DNA from: Chiloscyllium plagiosum
Lineage: Eukaryota
Length of the DNA stretch: 64,000 nucleotides
Direction: 5' to 3'
Assembly: GCF_004010195.1 (NCBI RefSeq)
Contig: NW_025215344.1
Span: 32,625-96,624 of the forward strand
The position numbers were made by a program, and so were the translations under genes. Positions within the stretch are counted from its first letter, which is position 1, and each line of letters opens with the position of its first letter. The notes beneath the pieces are model-generated. The model was given only the letters and a program-made list of their open reading frames with translations, searched no databases and was not told where the DNA came from. This document shows, piece after piece, positions 39,171-51,158 of this stretch.

Positions 39171-40164
39171 CTCCGCTGATCGTGTATTCAGCCACATGCA
39201 GAAGTTCCTCCTGAATGATTGAAAAGAACCAAACATTTAAATTGAGGATTTCTGTCTCATATCTGGTCTGAAGAGGGATGTGGAAATAGACCCAGTGGAA
39301 GGTCAGTGGACATACAGGAGCAGACATTCAAGCAGATATCCCATAAAACGCAGCAATTATTGTTTCTGTTCAAAAAGAAGGACTCGGAAGAAGATGAACC
39401 GCCCGTGGTTGACAAAATCTGTCAAGGATACTACTCAATCGCAAATTAACGAGATTTAGGGTGTATATTTCAGGGACCATGAGCAGAAGCTGGGCATGAA
39501 TTACAGCTGTGCTTCCTGAATTACCCGCAGAAACCCCAGCCATTACTGCTCCATCCTCTTCCAGGTTGTCCCTCTCCAATTACAGAGTACATTCTCTCAC
39601 ATTATGGTTCCTATCTGAGGCTTTTTGATCAGGTCTACCTTCCCTGCACTAGCAAAAAGCTGTGTTTTGTGCTGCCACTTTGCCTCTGGTGTCAGTGTGA
39701 CTCGGCTTCTCCATTCATGTTGTTTTACACCTCCCATTCACATCTCATTCCGGAAAGTTTCCTTCTTGGAGTAAACCTTATTGAAATCACCTCTCTCTCC
39801 CCCCCCCCCCCCTTTGCACTGAATTGACACTGTGATCCAAATTTCAACAAGTATACTCAGCCTTCATCTCACTCTGCTAAAGGTAACTGCATGCTTACCG
39901 TGTGGTTTCAGAATTCCCTTTCTGACGTGGATTTGGCCAGAGATACGCTTTCAGTGTTGGGATCATCACCCTCTTTCGACAACGGAATTCAATTGTTTAA
40001 CTTCCTAATGGCACTGGTAAGGGTTTCACGCTGTCTTAGTATTGTTACTTTGAGAAAAAACAAATCACAGTATGAAGTTTTGTCTGTGTTGTTTATCTGT
40101 CATTTTTAATATTGTTTCAAATTTGCAGTGCTTAAGATTAAATGCTTATTCTTGAAGTTGGTAT

Positions 40165-41780
40165 TAGATGGAGTGGAGGAGGTTGCAAAGTGACGTTATA
40201 GAAGTTTATAAAATCATAAGAGGCATGGATTGGCTGGAGAGCCAAGGCATTCTCGCCCGGAGAGTGGGGTTGTTCAAACATAGAGTACATCGCTTTAAGG
40301 TGAAAGGGAGAAGATTTAAAACGGCCAATGGTGCAACTTTTTCACATGTAGGGTGATGTGTGTATGGAATGAGAAAGTACAGCTGCAACATTTAAACGAC
40401 ATTTGGACAAACACATAAATGGGAAATGTTTAGAGACATATGGGACACGTGAAAGCAGATGGGACTAGTTTAGTTAAGCATGGACAATTTGGACCAAAGG
40501 GTCTGTTTGTGCGTGATGTGACTGTATGAATCTGGAAAAGGGGAACAAAAGATATGATGTAAGTAAATTGGCAAGAAATATAAAAACAAGAATCACAACA
40601 TTTTCACGAACAAGGTTTTTTGACAAACAGATAAGAGTAAGGATGGACCGGTCAGCAGTAATTTATAGTTGTTTTTTTAAAAAGTGGTTAGTGAATGGTT
40701 GATGGTACTGTGTGAAAGATTCCATAACTCTCTGGATTTCAGGAGTATTCCAGCGAAACTGGAGAACCTCCAATGTGGCGCCTGCCTTCAGAAAGGAGCG
40801 AGACAGAAAGCAGGAAACATTTAGCCTAACCATAATTACTGGGAATCTGCGAGAGTCTATTATTAAGGCAAGAATTGAAGGGCATTCAGAAAAGTCAGCA
40901 TGGTTTTGTGAATGGGAAACTATTTTTTGCCTGCAAAGTTATTCTGAGATCCCTGAAAATGTAACAAGCGGACTTGATAAAGGGGAACTGGTATGCATGC
41001 GGCTTACCAGAGATCTTCCACAAGGTATCACAAAATAAAGGTCCTTACACAAGACAGAAGCTCGTAGTGTTACGGACAACGTGTTAGCTTGGGATGACGG
41101 GTGGTTAGCACATAGAAATCGGAGAGTCAGGATTAATGGATCGTTATGATAAAGACATATCTACTGGGGTATCATAAATACCAGTCCGATGGCATCAGTT
41201 ATTTACAGTCTATTCTGACAGTCTGACGGCGGGAGCTGAATGCAATATATATCCGAGTTTAAGGATGACACTGCAAACCAAAAGGCATGTTGTTATTTAA
41301 TGAAGAAGACTCCCAACAAAGGAGCAGTAACAAGGGATTGGAGAGTTCCTGTGTATGAAACATAAAGTCAGCGCAGTGATGCAGCAATTAACTAGATTGA
41401 TACAGTACGCAGGTTCCTGGGATGAAAGGGTTGAATTATTGAATACATCTAAAATGGTGAGGCGATTATTCATTGTGCTTGAAGTGAATGAGCGTGATAT
41501 TACTGAAACGTAAATGATACAGAAGTTGATTGACAAGGTAGATGCTGAGAATGTGTTTCCAAACCTGGGCAAAGTCTCGAACTCAGGGACAGAATAAATC
41601 GATTTGAAACTGAGATACAAAGAAATGTCTTCTTTCGGAAGGTCATGAAGTCTGAATTTCACTAACCCAGAGAGTTGTGGAGGCTGGGTCACTGTTTTTA
41701 CAGATGGGCTGGATTGCTTTTTGTCACATCAGCGAGTTGAAGAATATGAGGGGTTAGCAGGAAAGTAGAGTTGAGCCCTG
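40165..41780 (+). mobile_element. CR1 LINE fragments (a 3' end plus an older ORF2 piece)
   Basis: RRLQSDVIEVYKIIRGMD; NWRTSNVAP.F.K. Confidence 0.75.
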
Positions 41781-41893
41781 GAGGTTGAGAAAACGTCACC
41801 TTCATGGTGACCTTTGTCAGTGTGGGGAATTGAACCTGCGCTATTGGCCTCCCTCTGCATCACAAACCAGCCATCCAGCCAACTGAGTGGGAG
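41780..41893 (-). mobile_element. tRNA-derived SINE head (non-HE1 family)
   Basis: Reverse complement ctcagttggctggatggctggtttgtgatgcagag..ggttcaattcc has A and B boxes. Confidence 0.6.
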
Positions 41894-42727
41894 CCTATGT
41901 AATTGTTTCAGACAGAAACAATCACAGACGAAGGGCAAGAGAAACTTTCATAACAAGGAAAAAGGTACAATTCAGGTAGCGGTCAAGGTACCAGCTGAGG
42001 ATAAAAATGTTCTCTGCTGGAAATTGTGGAAACAAGTGTTTAGATGCTATCTTGAGCTGAATGCAATAAGGTGACACAAGCAAAATAACCAGAATAATAA
42101 TTGTGTTTAGATATCGACAACTATTAAATAACAGTATATTTTTGATTGATCTGTGTGACGCATGCTTTCTATTGCATGAAAATAGAAAGCTGATGGGACA
42201 TATTGGTAGGAGAGTCCGTCCCCATGGGAAATGCCTCAGGAACACATGCTTGAAGAAACCCAGGATGAAAATGCCTGAGTGTTGTCTGGTCAGTGACAGG
42301 AAGCCAGGGGGCTGAATGACTGAAATTTCCTGTAACATGGAGCTCAGGAGACAGTTAGATCACCCCCGATCTTATTAAATGGTAGAGCACATTTCAAGGA
42401 CTGAATGCTCTCATGATGGATTTCAATTTCGTGTGCATGTAATTTTAATTTAAAAAAACACACTGTTCCTTCCCCTCATGTTTTCCACACTGTGGCACTG
42501 TCATTCTCCTGAAACTGGGACACTTGGTACGTTATCTGGAACATTCCATAACCAGCATTCTCCAGAGCATTCTATAAATGTGTGGGGGTATCACAAAGGC
42601 TCGAGAGAGGAGGGGGAGGTGTTGCCTGTAGCAATGAGAATGTTGGAGCATGAGCCTTGTTCGGGGTAGGTGCTACAACAGACATACAGTGAGTGTGAGG
42701 GAGCAGAGAGAATAAGGGGACCCTTAT

Positions 42728-43114
42728 CCTGACAGAGCGGGGAAGGTTATTGATGCCTGTCCTGTATTGCTGGACATTTCTTCAGACCACAGATACTGCA
42801 CTGAGCTCAGACCATGCTTGGTGGGTCTGGTGGTGTGGATCCCTTTGAGAAGAGAATGGTCCCCCTCTCTACTACCCCATCCACCAGGAGCTCAATGACT
42901 CTGTCAACAAACCCGTAATGTAATTGCCCCTTATGGATGGATAGAGCTCTTAAAGATGGTGGAATCAAGGGTTATGGGGATTAGGCAGGAACAAGATACT
43001 GATTGTGGATGATCAGCCATGTTCATAATGAATGTTGATTCTGGCTCGAAGGGCCGAATGGCCTACTCCTGCACCTATTGTCTACTGTCTATTATCAATT
43101 GTCTTATCTGCCAT
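42728..43114 (-). pseudogene. Second Harbinger Myb/SANT exon, split by a CR1 tail insertion (42935-43096)
   Basis: Reconstructs as MADKGQLHYGFVDRVIELLVDGVVERGTILF..HHQTHQAWSE..RNVQQYR..INNL.RS.R; element terminus near 43427. Confidence 0.7.
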
Positions 43115-44554
43115 GCTCGGGCTAAACTGGGCAGGGCAGCTCCGAACTGAGAAAGCTAAATTATTTGCCCATTGGCCTTTATTTTTGGCATCAGTGCCAG
43201 GGATCACGGAATATCCAGTGATTTCCGGCGATGGTGAGTACCTGCAGCCATGATGGGAGGGAGAATCTGGCTGGCATTGAATGACAGGGACACCATGCGA
43301 TGGAGTAGGTCGTTAATGAGGTGAGTTCGATAACTTAGCACCAGGAAACTAGCTGAGTCTCAGACAGACAATCCCTCTGTCACTCAATTAAAATGATACT
43401 GAGACAAATTAGTGTTAGATTCAGCCCAGAGTCCAAGATTCTGCAGACCACACTCCCAGGTACAAAGCTGCAGAACAAAACTCTCCATCATCTGAACTCA
43501 CACCAATATCCCATTCACCCATCATTCCTGATAATGTTGGCTTCTGTTGCCAGATGCTATCGACATGCCTACATTGAGAATTCTGAAACCTGTGAACATA
43601 TCTTTCCTTGACATTGTTTCTCAAACTCCCCCTCTCTGTCTATATCCCAAACTACTTTCATTTATAGTCATACAATCCTACTGCACGGAGACAGGCCCTT
43701 CAGCCAGAACTGGTGCATTCTGACCATTATGTCAGTCCACATTCACTCCATGTTCCTGCACTTGACCCATATCCTTCTCAGCCTTTCTTATCCATCAGTT
43801 TTTCGAACAAAATGCAGTGAGATTTTGTAACATCAAGAAAGGCCCCAAGAAAAGATTCGCTGAATCTACCATTCATCTCACCAGGGTGCTCAGTTTACAC
43901 AGAAACAGTTTGACTGCAGCTTAGAACCATGAAGGAGGAGGAAACACTGGTGGGAGATGTACATAGAAGTCAATACTGCAGGGAAAACTTTGTGTCATAA
44001 ACAGGAAATTAGATACCCAAGAATTCGCAGGAAAACCTCAACGGTCTGGTTGCCTCTGCAGGAAGAAAGTCGAAATGTATGGCCCCTGAAGAGCACAGCA
44101 GGTCAGGCAGAATCCGAGGAGCAGGAAAGACTATGTTTCAGTCAGAAACCCTTCATCAGGAATTCACTTCAGAATTCACTGCATTTGCAGTCATTTTTTC
44201 TCAATCCTTTGTCAGAAGAGAGAAGAGTCATTTTTTTCAAATCTGGGGAGTCTTCATCAGAACAGTACTGGTTACCGATCTCCAGTGTATACAGCTCTTT
44301 GTTTTATTTTAGATCACCAATTCTCTTGAATGCTGCAATATTATTGGAACACTTGATCTGGAAAGGACGGGAAGGGGTGAGGGCAGATGTGCAGGCAATG
44401 TGTCAGTCTGAACTTAAGGCTCTGTCCATTAGAATGTGAATCCTGGGATGAAGGTAAAGGAGGGCTTGTCAGAGGCACCACGCTGGAATTCGGCATCATC
44501 TGAACAGATGTGACAGATCCAGAGAAAGTGGGAGAAATCAGCTACTCTCTCTGA

Positions 44555-44912
44555 TGGTCATTGGGTAGCAAAGTTGCGAGCAATGCTGCCTTGCAACACC
44601 AATGACCAGGGTTCGATTCCACCCTTTGGTGACTGTGCGGTGTTTGCCATTTCTCCCCGTATTTGCGTGGGTTTCCTTTGGGAGCTTGGTTTTCCTCCCA
44701 CAGTCTAAAAATGCACAGGATAGGTTCAGTGGCCTCACTAAACTGTCCCACAGAATCCAGGGATATGCAGGTTAGGTGAATTGTTTTAAGGGAATTGTAG
44801 AGTTACTGGGGTAACATATGGGTGTGTTGATCAGCATGTTATCTGGAGGATCAGTGTGGACTCAATGGGCCAAATGGCCTGTTTCCACACTGCAGGGTTT
44901 CCATAGTTTCTA
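44555..44912 (+). mobile_element. HE1-type SINE (diverged)
   Basis: gggttcgattcc B box, V-domain, tgggccaaatggcctgtttccacactg tail. Confidence 0.8.
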
Positions 44913-45715
44913 TTAAGCTGTCTGTGTTTGAAACACTTCCCAGGGTCCTGCCTATAAGTGCTGACCCAATTTGGCTCACAAAAATGTTACACCATCCGTT
45001 TGTCTAACATGAACTCCATCAGCCACTCCTCGGCCCTTTGGCACATCTTATCAGGGTCCCATTTTACTCTGAGTTCACCATCTTTCCTGTCCACTACCTC
45101 ACAATTTTGGTGTTATCTGTAAACTCACTAACCATTCTCTACTCATATTCACATCCAAATCATTTACATAAAAGACAAAATCCAGTAGATCTTTGTGGTA
45201 CATTGCTGGTCCCAGGCCTCCAGTCCAAATAAAATATGCCGCATCAGCATTACCTTCATCTCTTACCTTTGAGCGAATTATCTACAACTCTCCCTGCGAT
45301 CCATGTATTCCATGTGATCTAACCATGTTTAACAGTTTACCATGCGGAACCTTTTTGAATGCCTTAATAAAGTCCATATTCTATTCCACAGTTCTATTTT
45401 TGTGCCTTTATCAATCTTATTCGTCACTTCTTCAATTAACTAAATCAAATTAATGAGCCAAGATTTCCCACCGCAAAGTCATGTTGAATATCGCTAATCG
45501 GAATTTCCAAACACAAGTAAATCCTGTCCCTCAGAATCCCCTCCAACAACTTACCCACCCACATCAGGCCCACCGGTCTATAGTTTCCTCACTTTTCCTT
45601 ACCAAGTGTTCTTAAACAATGGGGAGAAAGTGAGGTCTGCAGATGCTGGAGATCAAAGTTGAAACTTTATTGCTGGAACAGCACAGCAGGTCAGGCAGCA
45701 TCCAGGGAACAGGAG

Positions 45716-45751
45716 ATTCGACGTTTCGGGCACAGGCCCTTCTTCAGGAAT
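45716..45751 (-). ncRNA. Minimal type I hammerhead ribozyme motif
   Basis: Reverse complement identical to 45967-46002. Confidence 0.75.
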
Positions 45752-45966
45752 GAGCAGAGAGTGTTCAGCAGGAGAAGATAAAAGGTAGGGAGGAGGGACT
45801 TGGAGGAGGGGAGTTGGAAATGTCTTCTTCTTGACCTCTCCGCCTCCACCCTACTCCGACCTATCACCCTCACCTTGACCTCTTTCCACCTATCACATTT
45901 CCAACTCCCCTCCTCCAAGTCCCTCCTCCCTACCTTTTATCTTCTCCTGCTGAACACTCTCTGCTC

Positions 45967-46002
45967 ATTCCTGAAGAAGGGCCTGTGCCCGAAACGTCGA
46001 AT
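45967..46002 (+). ncRNA. Minimal type I hammerhead ribozyme motif
   Basis: attc-CTGAAGA-a-gggc ctgt gccc-GAAAC-GTC-gaat; predicted cleavage after C45998. Confidence 0.8.
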
Positions 46003-46886
46003 CTCCTGTTCCCTGGATGCTGCCTGACCTGCTGTGCTGTTCCAGCAATAAAGTTTCAACTTCTTAAACAATGGCACAACCTAACCTGTGGCTGTCCATG
46101 ATAAAAATATCTCAGCCAGATATAAAACAATGGCTTCCCTAGCTTCCCATCAGATTCTCGGGTACACCTGATCAGGTCATAGAACACAGAACAGTGCAGC
46201 ACAGGACAGGCCCTTGAGCTGTTGATGTTGTGCCGGCAGTTTCTCCTACTCTAAGATCAGACTAACCTATGTGCCCTTCATTGTCCAGCTCCTCATCATC
46301 TGTAACATGGACACTTTTCAAGATACCACCATTCATTTCCCCAAGTTCTCTCCCTTCCACATCCTACTCCACAGTATATACTGTTGCAAAATATTTACGT
46401 AGTATCTCACAAATCTCCTGTAATTCCACACAAAGGTCACTTTGCTGATCTTTAAAGGGCCCTGTCCTCTCCCTCGTTACTCTTTTGACCTCAATGTATT
46501 GGTAGATTCTCTTTGGATTGTCCCTTACCTTATTTTTGAAAGATGTCTTATGCCCCCAGTTTACCTCTTGAGTATTAGCCTTCAGTATTACTCCTCGATG
46601 GATTCACTCGATCCCTACTGTCTGTACCTATCATATACTTCCGTCTTTTTCTTGCACAAAACCCCAATTCCACTCGCCATCCAGCATTCCCGACCAGCCT
46701 TGCATTGTTCATGAACCGGAACATACTTTGTGAAGGCCTCCCACTTTCCTGCCACGAGCTTCTCCCAAGCAGCTTTTGAAATTGCCAATACAAAACATTC
46801 AAAGTTGGCCTGATTCAATTTAGAACTTCACCATTTATGTCAGGACTGTTCTTCTCCATAAGTATTTTAAAACTGGTAGTTACTGA

Positions 46887-47222
46887 ATAACAGGCTCAAG
46901 AAGCAGAATGGCCTCTTGCTGTCCATCTGGAACAGACTCAATAGGCTGAATGGCCTCCTCCTGACCTTCTGCAACAGACCCAAGAGACTGAATGGCCTCC
47001 TTCTGTCCATTTGCAACAGACATGAGAGGCTGAATGGCTTCCTCCTGTCCATTTGCAACAGACCCGAGAGGCTGAATGGTCTCCTCCTATCCCTCTGCAA
47101 CAGACCCGAGAGGCTTTATCGCCTCTCACTGTCCATCTGTAACAGGGTTGAGAGGCTGAATGGTCTCCTCCTGTCCCTCTGTGACAGACACATAGGGACA
47201 GAATTGCCTTCTCCTGTTTCTG
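46887..47222. repeat. 42-bp minisatellite, about 8 copies, resembling the CR1 3' tail
   Basis: Unit cagacccgagaggctgaatggcctcctcctgtccatctgcaa; 14-aa period in ORF 46916. Confidence 0.85.
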
Positions 47223-47745
47223 AGCAGCAGTCTTATTGCTCTGAATGATGTCGCAAGGAGCAGCACTGCACAACGCCAATGGGCAATAAATAGTGTACAC
47301 TGTTTTATTGTCTATGGAAGTGTCCCCACTGGTCACCCTGTGCAGCTGGTTTGTTTATTTATCTCTATCACCCTTTATAAACAGTATGGAATATGAACAG
47401 TCCTGCAGTGTTCTTGCACTACTCCCACATACACGGAAGAAAGAATAAGAAGACTGAAAGATTTATGGTCCATCCCGAAGCAATGCCCATCTATTCCAAA
47501 AGTTACATAAGTTAGGGGTCAACTGAGCCTGTTTGTTTAGTGACTGTGATTAATGCCAGTCTCCATGGATTGCAATTATCCCAGTGGAGGGGTTCCATCT
47601 TTTAATGATAAATGAGTTCCGTTGAATGTGCTATTCCATAGTATGAGTGGGAGCACCACCGACAGCATTAACAGGGATCGGCAGCTCAAGAGATGCAGTG
47701 GGGAGAGATCAGAATCTGAGCACAAGTGTCTGGAATGTTCTAACA

Positions 47746-47968
47746 ATGAGTCAGAATCTGAGAACATTAGACTGGAATGTTCCAACAATGTTTCACAATC
47801 TGAGAACAATAGGCTGGAATGTCTCAAGAATGGACAGGAGTTTATATTGGGATGTTTGGTTTCTTTCTACATATTATGATCGATTCCCATTATCGTGGCG
47901 GATCGAATATGCACTTGACATGATTCAATATTTTTATTATCCAATCCTGGCTTTCGTTGGTGTCCCTG
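47746..47968 (+). pseudogene. First coding exon of a GPR139/GPR142-like class A GPCR, with non-canonical donor
   Basis: MSQNLRT..NVSRMDRSLYW..WRIEYALDMIQYFYYPILAFVGVP ends in the TM1 motif YYPILA.VGVP; followed by ATAAGT where GTAAGT is expected; no exon 2 recognised in the window. Confidence 0.7.
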
Positions 47969-48324
47969 ATAAGTCTCAATGTTCAGTCATTAATTTTATA
48001 AATCATGATTAACTGTTATACTGTCATTTCATTGACTCTACTATCATTGTCTCTGTTATTGTTCCTGCTGAGACTCTAAATCGAGATGTTCACTTTACAA
48101 ACCACTAACTGCAGCAATGAACTTGTTAATTCACTCTCTCCCTCATTGCTTCTGGCACTGTTACTCATGGGTCTCTCGGTTGACCTGTCCAGTTTCAACT
48201 GTGAAACATGATTTATTTTATCACTGCCCTTGCTGTTTAAATATTGAAAGCATTGCTCTGTTCTGGTTACAAATTGAATTTCGTTCCTCTGACTACATCC
48301 CATCCCCAGCCAATATGAGGCTGA

Positions 48325-48534
48325 AATACACTGGCATCATCTACACAGCTCCCCATGCTGGGCAGATAGTCCAGCTTACTGAGCAATACACTGGCACGGT
48401 CTGCACAGCTCCCTTTGCTGGGTAGATAGTTCAGCTTCCTGAGCAATACATTGGTACAGTCTGCACAGCTCTCCATGCTGGGCAGATAATTCATTTTATG
48501 AAGCAATACATTGGCATAGTCTGCACAGCTCCCC
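48325..48534. repeat. 60-bp tandem repeat, 3.5 copies
   Basis: aatacactggca..cacagctcc..gctgg aligns at a 60-bp period. Confidence 0.85.
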
Positions 48535-48795
48535 AGTGTGTCCCACTACCCTGTCTTTTTCCCCATATTTCACCAATATGGCCTATTTCTATCTTAATTA
48601 TCTGGTTCTATCTTGAATGTGCATTTTTCTGTCCCTCAATATCTCTCCCTGGCTTTGAGTTTTGGCTCCCTAATGTACCGTGTGCTGACATTGTGAAACT
48701 CAGAAACAATGAAATGGTGTGTGGGAGCTGTTGTTCACTTCCCCGTGTGTCCCATGTTCCATGTTATATATGCAATCCTGCAGTGCTCTTGCACG

Positions 48796-49113
48796 ACTCC
48801 CACACACATGGAAGAAAGAAAAAAGGTTGACAGTTTAATGATCATGTTGGACAGGAGGGATTCAGCAGTTTTGACTCATGTCTTTGAAACTTAGTCTGTG
48901 CCTGTCCACTGAACGCCTGTGTTTGTCCCTCTCATCTGATCGTGTGGCCAGTAAACTCCCACACACATGGAAGAAAGAAAAAAGGTTGACAGTTTAATGA
49001 TCATGTTGGACAGGAGGGATTCAGCAGTTTTGACTCATGTCTTTGAAACTTAGTCTGTGCCTGTCCACTGAACGCCTGTGTTTGTCCCTCTCATCTGATC
49101 GTGTGGCCAGTAA
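48796..49113. repeat. Perfect 159-bp tandem duplication
   Basis: 48796-48954 equals 48955-49113. Confidence 0.9.
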
Positions 49114-49164
49114 CATGAGGAAGCCCTCGAGTATTATTGTAAAGGGGCAGGCATCGAACTTGCG

Positions 49165-49525
49165 TTGGAGGCTGAGGGGTGACCTTATAGAGGTTTGCAA
49201 AATTATGAGTGGCATTGATATAGTAAAGAGACAAGTATTTTCCCGAGGGTTGGGGAGTCCAGAAATAGAGGGCATAGGTTTAGGGTGAGAGGGGAAAGAG
49301 ACCTAAGGGGCAACTTTTTCACATAGTGTAGTACGTGTATGGAATGAGCAGCCGGGGAGAGTGGTGGAGGCTGGTAAAATTGCAACATTTAAGAGGCATT
49401 TGGATGGGTATATGAATCGGCTGGGTGCTGGCAGGTAGGACTAGATTGGGTTTGGATCTCTGGTCCGCAAGGATGGGTTGGACCAAAAGGTCTGTTTCCA
49501 TGCTGTACATCTCTGTGACTCTATG
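49165..49525 (+). mobile_element. CR1/HER1-like LINE 3' end
   Basis: RLRGDLIEVCKIMSGID; tail ggaccaaaaggtctgtttccatgctgtacatctctgtgactctatg. Confidence 0.85.
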
Positions 49526-50152
49526 AAAATCTTCTGACTGACTCCTGTTATTCAAAATTGAGTGGAGGTGTTGGGGATGGTTTGCTGGAAGTTGTGCTGT
49601 GAGCTGCCCCAGACATTCAGGGAGACCTGAGGATTTTGTGACCCAACTCTGGATGGAGCATGGGGACTGTAGTTACAGTATCTGAGTCTGTAACATGATC
49701 AACAAATGGAGCAGAGGCTGCAGAGTGTAGAAACCAGGGAGTTAGTCTGTGTGGGGAAAGGCATCTGCCAAATCTGTGTGTGACTTAACGAAGACACACA
49801 CACCTGCCACCCTTGCGTGCACATGTATACACACACATGCGCTCTCTCTCTCACACTTCCCCCACCCCTGTGCACGCACACACACATAAATCTGTGGGGT
49901 GAATTTGAATTTGTCGCCTTGTATGTGCAATTTTGTTTTTAAGAAAAACATGCACTTTGTAGGTAGTTAGTCAATGTGGCATTTTATAAAGTTCTGCCTT
50001 GGAAATAAAACCCGTCTGATTCCAGAGTACAACACAGACAGACTTCAAACAAGCCCTTCCCTGGTTTTGTTCCACGGAGGTCGCATCTTCGCAAACATAA
50101 TAGATTTCTTTGTGGAAGTGAAAATTGATAGTGAGGAAAAGGCTGTAGAAAA

Positions 50153-50458
50153 GGCACGGTGGCACAGTGGTTAGCACTGCTGCCTCGCAGCGCCAGAGAC
50201 CCGGGTTCAATTCCCGCCTCAGGCGACTGTGTGGAGTTTGCACATTCTCCCCGTGTCTGCTTGGGTTTCCTCCGGGTGCTCCGGTTTCCTCCCACAGTCA
50301 CAAAGATGTGCGGGTTAGGTGAATTGGCCATGTTAAATTGCCCGTAGTGTTAGGTAAGGGGTAAATGTAGGGGTATGGGTGGTTTGCGCTTCGGCGGGTT
50401 GGTGTGGACTTGTTGGGCCGAAGGGCCTGTTTCCACACTGTAAAGTAATCTAATCTAA
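50153..50458 (+). mobile_element. Young full-length HE1-type SINE
   Basis: Intact A/B boxes, V-domain and tail; absent at the paralogous site near 33007. Confidence 0.92.
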
Positions 50459-50991
50459 TGTTATACAACGGACTTCGATAAGGTATTTGTTGAGGTCAGC
50501 TGACGGAGAAGGTGAAGTTGCAAGGGGTTCAGGGTCTACTAGTTAAATGGATGGAGAACAGGCTGGGCAGCAGACAGTGAGCAGCAGTGGAAGGGAGTTT
50601 CTCAAAATGAAGAACTGTTCTGGGTGGTGTTTCACAGGGTTTAGTGCTGGGACCACTATTGTTTATGATACACATAAATGAACGAAAGCAAGGTTAAGGT
50701 GGTCTGATTAATAAATTTGCAGATGGCACTACGATTGGTAGAGTAGCAGAAAGTGAAGGGGACTGTCAGAGAATGCAGCAGAAAATAGATAGATTGGAGA
50801 GTTGTGCAGAGAAATGGCAAATAGCGTTCAATCTGGACAAATGTGAGATGATGCCTTTTGGAAGATCCAATTCAAGAGTGAACTATAGGGTAAATGGAAA
50901 AGCCCTGGGCAAAACTGATGTGCAGAGAGATCTGGGTGTTCAGATCCATTGTTCCTTAGAGGGGCAGGTCGATAGAGTGGTCAAGAAGGCA

Positions 50992-51158
50992 AAGAGAAAA
51001 TGAGGTCTGCAGATGCTGGAGATCAGAGATGGAAATGTGTTGCTGGAGAAGCGCAGCAGGTCAGGCAGCATCTAGGGAACAGGAGAATCGACGTTTCGGG
51101 CATTAGCCCTTCATCAGGAATGAGGAAAGTTTGTCCAGCAGGCTAAGATAAAAGATAG
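50992..51158 (-). mobile_element. PLE terminal insertion with hammerhead motif (51086-51121) and gaaggca TSD
   Basis: TSD at 50985-50991 and 51159-51165; empty site tcaagaaggcatac near 33504. Confidence 0.8.

Larger units (their letters stand above)
45623..46060. mobile_element. Very young fold-back PLE insertion with 14-bp TSD
   Basis: Arms 45656-45823 and 45895-46062 appear to be perfect 168-bp inverted repeats; TSD ttcttaaacaatgg at 45609-45622 and 46061-46074. Confidence 0.9.
44920..46880 (-). mobile_element. CR1 LINE ORF2 remnants (host of the fold-back PLE)
   Basis: ggtctatagttt (NYRP on minus) and WE.LVAGKWEAF..VP motifs. Confidence 0.7.

Noticed and set aside
39911..40016. Plus-strand exon bounded by ttcAG and GTAAGG
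   Set aside because: Splice-like signals only, with no recognisable coding similarity
50153..50225. tRNA gene
   Set aside because: A and B boxes are present but continue directly into the SINE V-domain and LINE-type tail; same for the other HE1 heads
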